From contig JBHHYO010000017.1 of the NCBI GenBank assembly GCA_046757665.1, positions 1-37,559 of the forward strand: a DNA stretch of 37,559 nucleotides, in the 5' to 3' direction. Below, piece by piece: positions 1 to 10,747 of the stretch; within the stretch, counting starts at the first letter, position 1, and every line of letters begins with the position of its first letter. The translations under genes and the position numbers were made by a program. The stretch is from Nitrospinales bacterium (lineage in GTDB: Bacteria; Nitrospinota; Nitrospinia; Nitrospinales; JAJDAT01). Under the pieces are notes generated by a model. It searched no databases. It saw only the letters and a list, made by a program, of their open reading frames with translations, and was not told where the DNA came from.

Positions 1-13
1 TTTTTTTATTCGT

Positions 14-54
14 AACGGTTCAAAACCGAACGGTTCAAAACCGAGTTTAAAACC
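14..54. repeat. Tandem 15-bp repeat AACGGTTCAAAACCG x2 plus a degenerate third copy
   Basis: Exact copies at 14-28 and 29-43, partial AGTTTAAAACC at 44-54; each unit is a short palindrome CGGTT-CAA-AACCG. Confidence 0.75.
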
Positions 55-241
55 AGGCGCTTCTCCCGCGCATTTTCACGAATCAGTATCAAAGTACCTG
101 TCAAAGTATACCAAAAGAATATAATTAATCAATCAGTTAAAAGTTGCGGCGCCCTTTCGGACAACGGCTGTTCGTGCTTCGCCCGTTGCCGCAACCGGGC
201 CACCGTTTTCCATTGTAACCAATTTATCGGCCAAGAGTAAA

Positions 242-1579
242 TTATTTTAAATACGGTGACCAGGCGGGATTGTAGCTGTCGCCGGGCAAGTTTGCCAGCC
301 TGCGGACGCGATTTCCTCCGACCCGTTTGATTTCGATCCATTTTTTTCCGCCACTGGCGCGGCGGTAAACAATGAAGCGGCCATCCGGCGACCAGGAAGG
401 CTCCTCGCCGCTTCCCGGTCCGGACGTAAAAATCTCCGTCTTTTCCTTTTCGACATTATACATTTTGATTTGAAACCGTTTGCCGACACGGGACGCATAA
501 GCGATTTTATCTCCATCGGGCGACCAGGCGGGGTTATCGTTGTAAGAGGAGTCGAACGAAATTCTTTTGACGGCGCCCTCATCGCCCGCCGCGTCCATGA
601 TGTAAATTTGCGGAGCCCCGGTGCCGGACCGGTCGGAAGCGAAGACTATTTTTTTCCCATCGGGCGACCAGTCGGGAGAGGTGTCGATATTGTAGTGATG
701 GGTCAACCGTTTCAGCGTGGAGTTTTTGTTCAAAACATAGATTTCCGAATTTCCGTCCTTGCTCAAAACGAGGGCGATTTGGGACCCGTCCGGCGACCAG
801 GCCGGGGCGGCGTTCAAGCCCGGCAGTTTCAAAACGGCCCACCGCTTTCTGCGCACCAGGTCGATCATGATGAGGTCGGGATTGTTGTTGACGTAGGAGG
901 TGAAAACGATGCGCCGGCCCGCAGGGTCCCAGGCCGGAGTGATGGCCAGGGATTTGTCGTTGGTAAGTTTTCTCATTCCGTGTCCGTCAAAATCGACAAT
1001 GTAAACTTCCTTGTTGCCGCCGGCGCCGGCGGTGAAAGCGATGCGGGTGCCGGCCAGACCCGGCTTGCCGGTCAGGTGCGCCACCACTTCATCGGCGAAA
1101 CGATGGACAACGCGCCGAAGCAACGACAGGTTGGCATGATAACGCTTGCCCACCAGGAACCGCTGGTTCGCCGCGTCGTAGAGGCGGAAAACAAAGATAG
1201 CGGATTTATTGTCCGCCGACAGTTTGAACTGGGTTTTGATGACCCACTGGGCGCCGAGGCCGCTCCAGGCGGCATAATCGATTTTTGTCAGGCCCGCCTC
1301 CTGCCGGGCCAGTTGGTCATAGGCGTCCGGTTCGACCAGGAGAAAGAGTTCCGAAAGCCGGAGGTCGTTTTCCAGGATGCGCCGCGCCTTGCCACCCCAT
1401 TGCGCGGCTTGCGGCGTTTCCTTCTCCGGGACGAATTCCGGCACGGCAATGGCGACTTCGCGGCGGGTTTCGCGCGTCAAATCGATTTCAACGGAAGGCT
1501 GGGCCACTGCGGCCAGGGGCAGGAAAACCCCGTGCGCCAACAGTCCCCAAAAAATAAAAATACTCAGCAGATTACTCAT
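242..1579 (-). CDS. tolB: Tol-Pal system beta-propeller protein TolB
   Basis: Signal peptide, TolB N-domain (IAVPEF, LENDLRLS, VHRFADEVV), PD40 repeats (PAWSPDG, PDWSPDG, PSWSPDG); follows tolQRA. Confidence 0.95.
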   Translation of the reverse strand: MSNLLSIFIFWGLLAHGVFLPLAAVAQPSVEIDLTRETRREVAIAVPEFVPEKETPQAAQWGGKARRILENDLRLSELFLLVEPDAYDQLARQEAGLTKIDYAAWSGLGAQWVIKTQFKLSADNKSAIFVFRLYDAANQRFLVGKRYHANLSLLRRVVHRFADEVVAHLTGKPGLAGTRIAFTAGAGGNKEVYIVDFDGHGMRKLTNDKSLAITPAWDPAGRRIVFTSYVNNNPDLIMIDLVRRKRWAVLKLPGLNAAPAWSPDGSQIALVLSKDGNSEIYVLNKNSTLKRLTHHYNIDTSPDWSPDGKKIVFASDRSGTGAPQIYIMDAAGDEGAVKRISFDSSYNDNPAWSPDGDKIAYASRVGKRFQIKMYNVEKEKTEIFTSGPGSGEEPSWSPDGRFIVYRRASGGKKWIEIKRVGGNRVRRLANLPGDSYNPAWSPYLK

Positions 1580-3071
1580 CGGCGGGCTTGTATTTGAATT
1601 TGATCTTGACGTGCAGGTTGGAGGCCTTCAAATCGGCGGGAAACCTCGGAAACGGCTCGGAGTCATAAACCGCCCGAACGGCCAGGGTGTTCAATTGCTC
1701 CTCCGGCGATTTTTTAATCAGCGTCGGCTTGTCGATGTTGCCCTTGGGGTATAAATAAAAAGAGACTTCCACGACATCATTATATTCCGCGCCCAAGGGG
1801 CTTTTCCAGTGGGCAAACACCATCTTTTGAATAATTCCAACATATAAGGACAAAAGATCGGTGGCGATTTTGTCGTTTGCCGGGGCGGCGATGTCCCGGT
1901 CGCGTTGCTCTGTTTGTCCCGGCTTGCCCTCGGGAGTTTGCTGTTGGGCCTTGCGGGGGCTTTGCCGTTTGCGTTTATGAATGATGCTGGTGAAATCCTC
2001 CATTGCAGGTTTGTCGATTTGGATTTCCATGCTTTTCCCCGGTTGCTCCAGGGCGGCCAGTTTTTTGAGGATCGGCGCAAACGCCTGTTCCTGGTTTTCC
2101 ACGGCGCCCGGCGGCGGTTTGTTCTCCGACGCCGGCCTGGGGAACGATTCGGGTTTGACGGCAACGCCCGGCAGGGCTTCCAGTTCGGCCAGAAGTTCCG
2201 CCATCGACCGCTTGCCGGCCTTTTCCTCCCGCGCGGCGGTTCCGGAAAGTTTCGCGAATTTCATTTTTTCCCGCTCGGTTTTTTCCTGAGCGGCATCGGG
2301 ATTCTTTTTCGTCCGGGACTCCGCTTCAGGTTCCCGGCGCACGTTCAGTTCCTCCAGTTCGCGCAACAGGTTTTCGGAGGCGATGGTTTGCGGCGGTTCC
2401 GGTTTTTGGGGCTGGATTTTATTTTGTTTCAGCATTTCGCTTTGCCGTTTCAGTTCGTCCAGGGTTTCTTCCACGATAGCGGGTTTTTTGAGTTTCCGGG
2501 GTTTTGGAGGCGGCAGTAAGGCCTTTTTGTTTTTCAGCGCCCGCAGTTCCTTGATCGCTTTGTTCGCCAGCCGCTTCTTTTTTTTGACCGCGGTTTGTTT
2601 CGCGGCGGGAGGCGCCAATTGGGCCAGTTGGTCCAGTTCCCGCAACAGGGGGTTGGCGGGGGGTTCGGCAATCCGGCTCGTTTTGCCGTTCAACTGATCC
2701 AGCTTATGAATCAAAGCCCGCGCCACTTCCGACCGGCTGGGCACCGCCGGCGGCTTCACGATCTTTGCGGCGACAGGCGGCGCCTGCCGTACCCGTACCG
2801 GCCGCCGAGTCTCCTGCTTGACAACCGGGGGCTGTCTCGGCGGCTTGACGGCCACAATTTTTTTCCGGGACCGAATGTCCCCCCGCGTCGGCCGGTTTGT
2901 TTTGCTCGATGGCAGTTCGATCAAATTCACCTGAAACGCCGGTATAACCACCTTCGGATGAAAGACCGGCTTGGGAAGAAACAGAACCAGGGTCATAAAC
3001 AACAAATGAACAAAAACCGAAATAACCAGCATCCGGTTGAAATCCGGCGATTCAAAAAAATCGGTTTTCAT
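1572..3071 (-). CDS. tolA: TolA/TonB-family energy transducer with a long periplasmic linker
   Basis: N-terminal TM helix with SxxxH (ISVFVHLL), Pro/Lys/Glu-rich linker, TonB_2-like C-domain (IFAHWKSP...LAVRAVYDSEPFPRFP-type segment); lies between tolR and tolB and overlaps the tolB start by 8 nt. Confidence 0.85.
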   Translation of the reverse strand: MKTDFFESPDFNRMLVISVFVHLLFMTLVLFLPKPVFHPKVVIPAFQVNLIELPSSKTNRPTRGDIRSRKKIVAVKPPRQPPVVKQETRRPVRVRQAPPVAAKIVKPPAVPSRSEVARALIHKLDQLNGKTSRIAEPPANPLLRELDQLAQLAPPAAKQTAVKKKKRLANKAIKELRALKNKKALLPPPKPRKLKKPAIVEETLDELKRQSEMLKQNKIQPQKPEPPQTIASENLLRELEELNVRREPEAESRTKKNPDAAQEKTEREKMKFAKLSGTAAREEKAGKRSMAELLAELEALPGVAVKPESFPRPASENKPPPGAVENQEQAFAPILKKLAALEQPGKSMEIQIDKPAMEDFTSIIHKRKRQSPRKAQQQTPEGKPGQTEQRDRDIAAPANDKIATDLLSLYVGIIQKMVFAHWKSPLGAEYNDVVEVSFYLYPKGNIDKPTLIKKSPEEQLNTLAVRAVYDSEPFPRFPADLKASNLHVKIKFKYKPADE

Positions 3072-3073
3072 GA

Positions 3074-3505
3074 CTATCCCAAGGGCTCCGTAACCATGCC
3101 GATGCTTTCGATTCCGGCGCCCTTGATGGCGGCCAACACCCGGACGACAAACCCGTAGTCGAGGGTTTTGTCGGCGCGGAAGTTGATCCGTGCGTTTTTA
3201 TTTTGTCCCGCGTAGCGCCGGAGTTTTTGCCTCAGGTCCAGCAGGTTGCGTACGCGGTCGCGGTTCCAGTAAATCCCGCGGTTGCTCCTGAGGGTGATGC
3301 TGGGGATGTCGCGGACCTCCACCGCCGCCGTGGCCGCCCGGGGCAGTTGCACGTCCAGGCCCTGTTGCATCAGCGGCGCGGTGATCATGAAAATCACCAG
3401 CAGAACCAGCATCACGTCGACAAACGGCGTGACATTGATCTCGGACATCAGGGCTCGGCCCCGATGTTTTCTGGTGGCTCGCTGTCTTTGTTCGCTGGCG
3501 TACAT
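3074..3505 (-). CDS. tolR: TolR/ExbD family protein
   Basis: [24 protein letters not shown] and [15 protein letters not shown] motifs. Confidence 0.93.
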   Translation of the reverse strand: MYASEQRQRATRKHRGRALMSEINVTPFVDVMLVLLVIFMITAPLMQQGLDVQLPRAATAAVEVRDIPSITLRSNRGIYWNRDRVRNLLDLRQKLRRYAGQNKNARINFRADKTLDYGFVVRVLAAIKGAGIESIGMVTEPLG

Positions 3506-3562
3506 AAGGTGTTGACGAAAACCGGATGGAAGGCGCGGATTCGCGGAACAACGAAAATCCGG

Positions 3563-4327
<765 letters not shown>

Positions 4328-4367
4328 GAAAAATGGTTTGATTTGAACCCAACACCTAAGCTTCTGG

Positions 4368-4396
4368 ACTATAGTTTAATCCCTCATCGTTGTCAA
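4368..4396 (-). promoter_or_regulatory. sigma70-type promoter of the tolQRAB operon
   Basis: Minus strand TTGACA-N17-TATAGT, about 40 nt upstream of the tolQ ATG. Confidence 0.75.
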
Positions 4397-4404
4397 ACGC
4401 AAGC

Positions 4405-4522
4405 CGGTGCGGGCAGACGCCCGCGGGAAGTGCGAGGCGACCCTTTGACTGAAATCAAACGCCAAACAGCGCAATCGGGCGTCATGGTTCGACAGGCTCA
4501 CCATGACAAAGGCGGGCAAACG
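4405..4522 (+). repeat. Composite REP/BIME-like repeat, copy A (direct partner at 26781-26901)
   Basis: Hairpin GCGGGC-AGAC-GCCCGC (4409-4424), CAGCGCAATCGG, REP palindrome GTCATGGTTCGACAGGCTCACCATGAC (4481-4507), GGCGGGCAAACG; 4447-4522 aligns to 26821-26895 with 8 mismatches and 1 indel (manual alignment). Confidence 0.85.
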
Positions 4523-4534
4523 TAAGAGCGGTTG

Positions 4535-5677
4535 TCAGTTGGCGGAGGGGTGCGGGTTCGTGAGGGTTTGGTAAACGTGCAGGGTTTGGCGGGCGGTGTT
4601 GTCCCAGGTGAACTGGCGCATTCGGGCCAGCCCCTTTTCCTTGAGTGGGCCGCCGTCTTCCAGGGCGTGGCGGATTTTGTCGGCGATGTCCTCGGGCCGG
4701 TCGGGGTCGAACAACAACGCGGCGTCGCCGGCGACCTCCGGCAGTGCGGCGCAATCGGCGACCGCCGCGGGCACTCCGGCAGAGAAGGCCTCCAGCAGAG
4801 GCAAACCAAACCCTTCATACCGCGACGGGAAAACGAAGGCCCGCGCTCCGGCATACAGGCAGGCCAGGTCGTCCGGTTCCACATAACCGGGCAGATACAC
4901 GCAGGAATCGAGGTCGAGGTCGCGGATGATCTTTCGGACTTCGTCGGCGCCCCAGCCGTCGCCGCCGGCCAGAACCAGCGTCAGGGACGGATGCCCGGCG
5001 CGCACTTGCCGAAAGGCTTGCAGAAGCGCCGGATAATTTTTCCGGGTCTCGAGCGTGCCGACGCCGAGCAAAAAATCGCCTTCCAGTTGAAACCGGGTTT
5101 TTAACCGCGCGGCATGTTGCCGGGCATCGCCGGCCAGCCCGGCGGCGGCATTGACACCCAGCGGGATGACACTGATTTTCTCCTCCGGCACGTCGCACAA
5201 CTGCATCACGTCCTTTTTGGTGAACTCGGAAATGGCGATGACTCTGGCGACGCTGTTGATTTTTTCCGCGAAGCGGGCCGGGTCGATACGGTATTTTTCG
5301 GCCACGCATTCGGGATGCCGCAGGTGGTACAGGTCGTACACGGTCGCCACGGTGGGAATGTCCGGCAAGGGATGGGCGATGTCGCCGGTGAAATGGAACA
5401 GCTCCGCGTCTGGCAAAAAGAGGTCGAAGGTCCGGCGGCCCATGCGGTTCCACAGGAAATTCATGAGGCGGTTGGGGAGGCGGTAATCCCGGATGCGCCA
5501 GTCGGGTGGCGGATTCGTCCAGGGCGGGCCGGCGGGCCGGTGCCGCCAGGAATTGAAAAACAAATGGTGCCGGTTGCCGGCGGCCAGGCGGCTCAAACCC
5601 AAAACCAGGTTCAAAACATAATGGCCCACGCCGGTGCGGCGCCTCAACGCCGGCCTGGCATCGATGCCGATATTCAC
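4535..5677 (-). CDS. GT4 glycosyltransferase (mannosyl/D-rhamnosyltransferase-like)
   Basis: MNIGIDAR..TGVGHY start, VGTLETRKNY, FVFPSRYEGFGLPLLEA (EX7E), FTWDNTARQT. Confidence 0.9.
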   Translation of the reverse strand: MNIGIDARPALRRRTGVGHYVLNLVLGLSRLAAGNRHHLFFNSWRHRPAGPPWTNPPPDWRIRDYRLPNRLMNFLWNRMGRRTFDLFLPDAELFHFTGDIAHPLPDIPTVATVYDLYHLRHPECVAEKYRIDPARFAEKINSVARVIAISEFTKKDVMQLCDVPEEKISVIPLGVNAAAGLAGDARQHAARLKTRFQLEGDFLLGVGTLETRKNYPALLQAFRQVRAGHPSLTLVLAGGDGWGADEVRKIIRDLDLDSCVYLPGYVEPDDLACLYAGARAFVFPSRYEGFGLPLLEAFSAGVPAAVADCAALPEVAGDAALLFDPDRPEDIADKIRHALEDGGPLKEKGLARMRQFTWDNTARQTLHVYQTLTNPHPSAN

Positions 5678-8457
5678 GGGAGCGTATCCTTTTTGACGCG
5701 ATTGTTTTCGATGGCGTCGGCGATCTCCAGGGTTTTCTTGCGCCAGCGCACGCCGCTTTTCGATAAAAACGGTGACGCCGGGCCGCCATGTTTGCGGATG
5801 GATACCGCGCCTTCCAACAGCATTCTTTCCTGTTTCCGCCGCGGCAGTCCGCGCAGTATTTTCAGGTCCCGAATTTCTTCGGGGGTCCGCGGATTATCAA
5901 AAAAGCGGGCCAGGTTTCCCGTTAAAAAGGAATCGGTGCGCGGCAGGATCGTGATGTCGAAACAGGCCGCGCGTTTGCCGGCCCGGTCGAATTGGACGCC
6001 GGTTTCGACTTCCATGTTCAGTGTTAAAACATACTCCCCCGCCTTGCCGGGCAGGGTTATATACCTTTCGAAATCGAAGCGTTCGCCGGGGGCAACGATG
6101 CGCAAGATCGGAAACCGTTGTTCCTTGACCGGCCGGGATTGCCGTTGCCGGCAGGAGGCGCCTGTTGACTTGTCGAACCATCGGGCGTTCAAAAACACGT
6201 TGCCGAACACTGCGTCATGGAGCCGGCTGTTGGTGGCGGGGTCAAGCCAAAAAGTTTCCCCCGAGTTCAGCGCTTCCGCTTTGACAAGGTGCACGGTATC
6301 CGGATAGTAACCGCCGGCGCCAAAACCACCCACAATACGGAGATGAGCGTTCAACTCTCCGGGTGGCCTTCTGGAAGTGTTTTCGTCGCTCAAAAATATC
6401 ATGGAGGAGCGGTCAATGGCCAAACTTTCGATCAGGGGGCTTTTGATTTCGACGGACGCAATGCGGTCGGAAGTGACTTTGCCCAGCCGGGTAAAAAACC
6501 TGTTGATCGGCTCGCCCGGCAAAACATAAGGAGGAATCATGAGCGTTTTAACGATCCTGACTTCTTCTCCCTTGAGGTTTCTTGTAAAAAATTCAATTTC
6601 GGATTTGTTGCCGGTGAGGAAGCGCCACGATTTTTTTTCCTCGGCGGGTTCAAAATAGATGATGGCGATCAAACCATAACGGTCATCGGCAAAGTAAACT
6701 CCGGATGCCTTGAGTTTGGCGCTGACCGGGACGGAGCTTGCCTCGTTTCTTTCCCAGACGATGTCGGCGTCGAATTTTTCTGGCGCATGAAATCCGTAGG
6801 ACGCAAGGTCCGCGGACTCCCATTGCTTTTTCAGGGCGCCGGGGTATTCCTCCAAATGAACGACAAGCGTTTTTGCGGGCGTGATTTGCAAAAACCGGAA
6901 ACACTCATCGTCCGGGCAGTTTTGCGTGCGCCTCGTCATCGACCGGAAGGCGGGAGTGGTCCAGCCGCTGTAACCGCCCAGGGCCGGCCGCCAATGCAGG
7001 GTTTGATAATGCCGATATTTAAATTTGCTCGGATGATCCACCGGAAGCTCCAGAATGGGTTTCCCCGGATTCGTCTGGCTCAAATAATGATATACGGGAG
7101 GGAACTTGTCTTGAGGTTCGATAGAAACGCCTTGCCATGGGATTAGTTTGTAGTCCGCCAACAATAGCGCTCCGGCCAGGGCAAGCACAATCGCTTTTTT
7201 GCCGGCGGGCCGGGTTTTCATTCGGCCCAGAATGAACGCCATGGCGAACCCGCAGAGAACGGAGAGGCTGAGCAAAAACGGCAGGACGAACCTTGCCGGA
7301 ACGCGCATGGCCGACCCGCCCGGAACGAAGTTGAAAACCAGTTGGTACGGCATGGGAATCCCGGTATTCCTGCCGGAAACCGACAGGTAAGGGCCCATCA
7401 TGATCAGGGCCATGATGATTGAAACCACGCCATAGCGGAAAATAATTTTGTTCTGGCGTGCCGTAAAATGGTTTTTAAACTGTTTGCCAAGGAAACACGC
7501 CGACAAGGCAAACAGCAAGGGGAGCGTGCCGACAAACACGGCGGTTTCTCCCTTGTCATAATGAATATGCTCCGTGAGCAGTTCGCGGAGCCATTGGTAA
7601 TTGGACGCAACAAAATTGGGGAAAAGGAAATTTATGGGTTCGACCGTATAATCCGCATTTTCGCCTAAGGTGCGAAAAAAATCCCATTTCAAGGCAGTTT
7701 TCAAGTACGGAACCGCCAGGGGCAGAAGAATCAGAAGGCTTGATGCCAGCCCAATCAAAAACATCCGGCGCAGGCGGGGTTTGGAAAAATAAACCCAACG
7801 CTCCTTGCCCTCGCGTTCCGACACTATGTGAACGAGGAATACGGCGATTAACAGGATCAACAACATCGTTCCCAAATAAACCGAGGTGTAATATTGAATC
7901 CAGGTAACGATCAACATGCCGCAAAAATACCGCGCCTGCAACGTGTTGAGAAACCGTTCGGCAAAAAAGAGCGCCAGGGGAGTCCAGAAAAACGGCATCA
8001 ACTGCAAATGGGGCAGGTGCCCCCAACGATAAGGGTTAAAGGAAAACACCAGCCCGGCGAATAAACCGGCCCAATAGTTTCCGGTCAAATCCTTGACCAG
8101 AATGAATACGAAATAGGTTCCCAAAATAAAGGAAACCAGAACCAGCATGTTTGACGCGAGTATGTGATTGCCGGTCAGGTATTGAATCGGCAGGGTAAGC
8201 CATAAATTGCCGAGCATGGTTTCCGAAAAGGCCAGGGCGTTTTTTGCCGGAAAAAAAATCGGCGCATCCCAAACGGCAAGTTCGGAATGCGACAGCGCGT
8301 GCGCGTCCCAGGCCAGAATCCACGCATTCAGGATGCTGTCGCCATCGTCAAACAGGCGGTTCGACGGGTGACAAACGAGTTCCGGGCCCTGGATGAAGAA
8401 AAACAAAGCGGCGGCGCACAGGATGAAGAGGTGGGATATGACAGGGGATTTGACCAT
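5674..8457 (-). CDS. Large polytopic membrane protein, YfhO/GT-C-fold glycosyltransferase-like, with periplasmic and Ig-like C-terminal domains
   Basis: DSILNAWILAW, APIFFPAKNALAFSE, FSFNPYR..HLQL, MRVPARF, QTLHWRPALGGYSG; many TM segments; 4-nt overlap with the GT4 gene. Confidence 0.75.
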   Translation of the reverse strand: MVKSPVISHLFILCAAALFFFIQGPELVCHPSNRLFDDGDSILNAWILAWDAHALSHSELAVWDAPIFFPAKNALAFSETMLGNLWLTLPIQYLTGNHILASNMLVLVSFILGTYFVFILVKDLTGNYWAGLFAGLVFSFNPYRWGHLPHLQLMPFFWTPLALFFAERFLNTLQARYFCGMLIVTWIQYYTSVYLGTMLLILLIAVFLVHIVSEREGKERWVYFSKPRLRRMFLIGLASSLLILLPLAVPYLKTALKWDFFRTLGENADYTVEPINFLFPNFVASNYQWLRELLTEHIHYDKGETAVFVGTLPLLFALSACFLGKQFKNHFTARQNKIIFRYGVVSIIMALIMMGPYLSVSGRNTGIPMPYQLVFNFVPGGSAMRVPARFVLPFLLSLSVLCGFAMAFILGRMKTRPAGKKAIVLALAGALLLADYKLIPWQGVSIEPQDKFPPVYHYLSQTNPGKPILELPVDHPSKFKYRHYQTLHWRPALGGYSGWTTPAFRSMTRRTQNCPDDECFRFLQITPAKTLVVHLEEYPGALKKQWESADLASYGFHAPEKFDADIVWERNEASSVPVSAKLKASGVYFADDRYGLIAIIYFEPAEEKKSWRFLTGNKSEIEFFTRNLKGEEVRIVKTLMIPPYVLPGEPINRFFTRLGKVTSDRIASVEIKSPLIESLAIDRSSMIFLSDENTSRRPPGELNAHLRIVGGFGAGGYYPDTVHLVKAEALNSGETFWLDPATNSRLHDAVFGNVFLNARWFDKSTGASCRQRQSRPVKEQRFPILRIVAPGERFDFERYITLPGKAGEYVLTLNMEVETGVQFDRAGKRAACFDITILPRTDSFLTGNLARFFDNPRTPEEIRDLKILRGLPRRKQERMLLEGAVSIRKHGGPASPFLSKSGVRWRKKTLEIADAIENNRVKKDTLP

Positions 8458-8657
8458 GTTGCGGGATCGAGATGAAAAAGCGGGTGATTGTCAAGGGCGA
8501 AAACGGCGCGATACTCACGGGATGCTTCCGGCGCAATTTCCCCCAGGCCGCAAACAAAAGTACCATATCGCCGGGCAGAAACATAGGAATGAATCGCCGC
8601 CGAGCGGGCGGGCACGCGGACCTTTTCATTCCGGCGACCCTGCCGGGCCGGCCCCTA

Positions 8658-8686
8658 TTGACAAAAGGAAACAAGTTGCGTAGGTT
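8658..8686 (+). promoter_or_regulatory. Putative sigma70 promoter of the gmd operon
   Basis: TTGACA-N17-TAGGTT, 60 nt upstream of the gmd ATG. Confidence 0.55.
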
Positions 8687-8746
8687 CATGGGAGCCATCA
8701 CCTATAGTTTCGATATCCGCACCAGGAATCACGAAAGAGAACATCA

Positions 8747-9745
8747 ATGAAACGAGCGCTTATTACAGGGATAACCGGGCAGGACGGATCGTACCTGGCC
8801 GAGTTACTGCTTGAAAAGGGTTATCACGTGGCGGGCATGTTGCGGCGGTCGAGCACGGAGACTTTCGACCGCATCGAACACATCAAGGACGAAGTCGAAT
8901 TCAAGCACGCGGACCTTCTGGATCAGATGTCCATTATTTCGGCGATCAAGGAGGTGCGGCCCTCGGAGCTGTACAATCTGGCGGCGCAATCCTTTGTGCC
9001 GACTTCCTGGAAACAACCCATTCTGACCAGCGAGTTTTCCGGCATGGCGGTGACGCGGGTGCTGGAATCCATTCGCATCGTGGACCCCGGCATCAAGTTT
9101 TACCAGGCGTCCAGCAGTGAGATGTTCGGCAAGGTTCAAGAGGTGCCGCAAAATGAAAACACGCCTTTTTATCCGCGCAGTCCCTATGGCGTTTCCAAGG
9201 TTTACGGCCACTGGATCACCGTGAACTACCGGGAGAGCTATGACATGTTCACGGTGAGCGGCATTCTGTTCAATCACGAATCGCCGCGCCGCGGGCGGGA
9301 ATTCGTCTCCAGGAAAATAACCGAGGGCGTGGCGAAAATCAAGCTGGGCCTGGCCGAAAAGCTCCACCTCGGCAACCTGGAAGCGCGCCGGGACTGGGGG
9401 TACGCCAAGGATTACGTGGAAATGATGTGGCGCATGATGCAACAGGACCAACCGGAAGATTATGTGATCGCCACCGGGAAAACGCATACCGTGTCGGACC
9501 TGGCGCGCGTGGCTTTTGAACATGCTGGCTTGAACTGGGAGGACCACGTGGTTCAGGACCCAAACCTGCTACGCCCGGCGGAGGTCGATCTGCTGGTCGG
9601 CGACCCGACCAAGGCCAAGGAAAAACTGGGCTGGCAACCCGTCGTCACCTTTGAAGGACTGATCAAGATGATGGTGGACGCGGACCTGGAGCGCCTGGAG
9701 GACGCGGCCTCCCATTCCCGAACAAGAAAAAGCCTGGGGTCTTGA
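8747..9745 (+). CDS. gmd: GDP-mannose 4,6-dehydratase
   Basis: [67 protein letters not shown]. Confidence 0.97.
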   Translation: MKRALITGITGQDGSYLAELLLEKGYHVAGMLRRSSTETFDRIEHIKDEVEFKHADLLDQMSIISAIKEVRPSELYNLAAQSFVPTSWKQPILTSEFSGMAVTRVLESIRIVDPGIKFYQASSSEMFGKVQEVPQNENTPFYPRSPYGVSKVYGHWITVNYRESYDMFTVSGILFNHESPRRGREFVSRKITEGVAKIKLGLAEKLHLGNLEARRDWGYAKDYVEMMWRMMQQDQPEDYVIATGKTHTVSDLARVAFEHAGLNWEDHVVQDPNLLRPAEVDLLVGDPTKAKEKLGWQPVVTFEGLIKMMVDADLERLEDAASHSRTRKSLGS

Positions 9746-10722
9746 GTGTCGTGAGAAACCTGATCACGGGCATCAATGGGTTTGCCGCATCCCACTTGTG
9801 CGATCTTCTGCTGGCCAACGGCGAGGAGGTGTTCGGCATCGCCCGCACCCTGGGGAACGCAGACAACATCAAGCATGTTGCCGACCGGGTCCGCGTGTTC
9901 CCCTGCGATGTGCGGGTCTTCGGCGAAATCAGGGAAGTCCTGGAGCAGGTGCGGCCCGACAGGATTTACCATATGGCGTCGGTCAGTTTTGTCCCCGCGG
10001 TCACACGAGACTGGAGCCTGGCGTTCGAGACCAATGTGCTGGGGACGTTTCACCTGCTGGAAGCCGTCAGGCAACTGGGGTTGAATCCCCGCGTCCTGTG
10101 CGTGGGTTCCTCGGAGGAATATGGCGCCACCGACCCGGAGGCAATGCCCATCCGGGAAACCGCCCTGCTCCAGCCCATCAGTTTGTACGGCGTCACCAAG
10201 GCCTCGGCCGATCTTCTGGCGGCCTCCTTTTCCCGCCGGGAGGAGCTGGATATTTTGCGGGTCCGGCCGTTCAACCATGTGGGCCCCCGACAGCAAAGCC
10301 GGTTCGTCTGCTCGTCCTTCGCCCGGCAAATCGCCGAAATCGAAGTCGGCAAAAACCCCGTCCTCAAAGTCGGCAACCTGGAGGCGCAGAAAGATTTTAC
10401 CGACGTGCGGGACACCGTCCGGGCTTACCATGCGCTCATGAACAAGGGGGCTTCCAGAGAGGCGTACAATGTCTGCTCCGGGCAAACCGTCAGCATAAAA
10501 TTTATTCTGGAGAGCCTGACGCGGATGTCAACCGCTTCGGTGCAAGTGGAAATCGATCTGACGCGGTACCGTCCGGGCACGCCGGTCCGGTATTACGGCG
10601 ACCATTCCCTGCTGACGCGGCAGACCGGATGGGTCCCCGAAATTCCGCTGGAACGCTCTCTGCTGGACACGTTGACCTATTGGCGCTCCAAGGTTTGCGA
10701 GGAAAACCCGAACCGGGTTTAG
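9742..10722 (+). CDS. rmd: GDP-4-keto-6-deoxy-D-mannose reductase-like extended SDR (probable Rmd)
   Basis: [50 protein letters not shown]; translationally coupled to gmd; TTG start is uncertain. Confidence 0.7.
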   Translation: MSVVRNLITGINGFAASHLCDLLLANGEEVFGIARTLGNADNIKHVADRVRVFPCDVRVFGEIREVLEQVRPDRIYHMASVSFVPAVTRDWSLAFETNVLGTFHLLEAVRQLGLNPRVLCVGSSEEYGATDPEAMPIRETALLQPISLYGVTKASADLLAASFSRREELDILRVRPFNHVGPRQQSRFVCSSFARQIAEIEVGKNPVLKVGNLEAQKDFTDVRDTVRAYHALMNKGASREAYNVCSGQTVSIKFILESLTRMSTASVQVEIDLTRYRPGTPVRYYGDHSLLTRQTGWVPEIPLERSLLDTLTYWRSKVCEENPNRV

Positions 10723-10747
10723 AACCTGTCGCGCCGGATTAAATCGT

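Noticed and set aside
470-1597. 375-aa plus-strand ORF, and similar long ORFs at 5114-6307, 15135-16280, 19680-21152, 21682-23235, 23636-24964, 25596-26777, 32759-34123 and 35450-36667
   Set aside because: They are antisense or alternate-frame shadows of well-supported genes in GC-rich DNA and carry no recognisable motifs.
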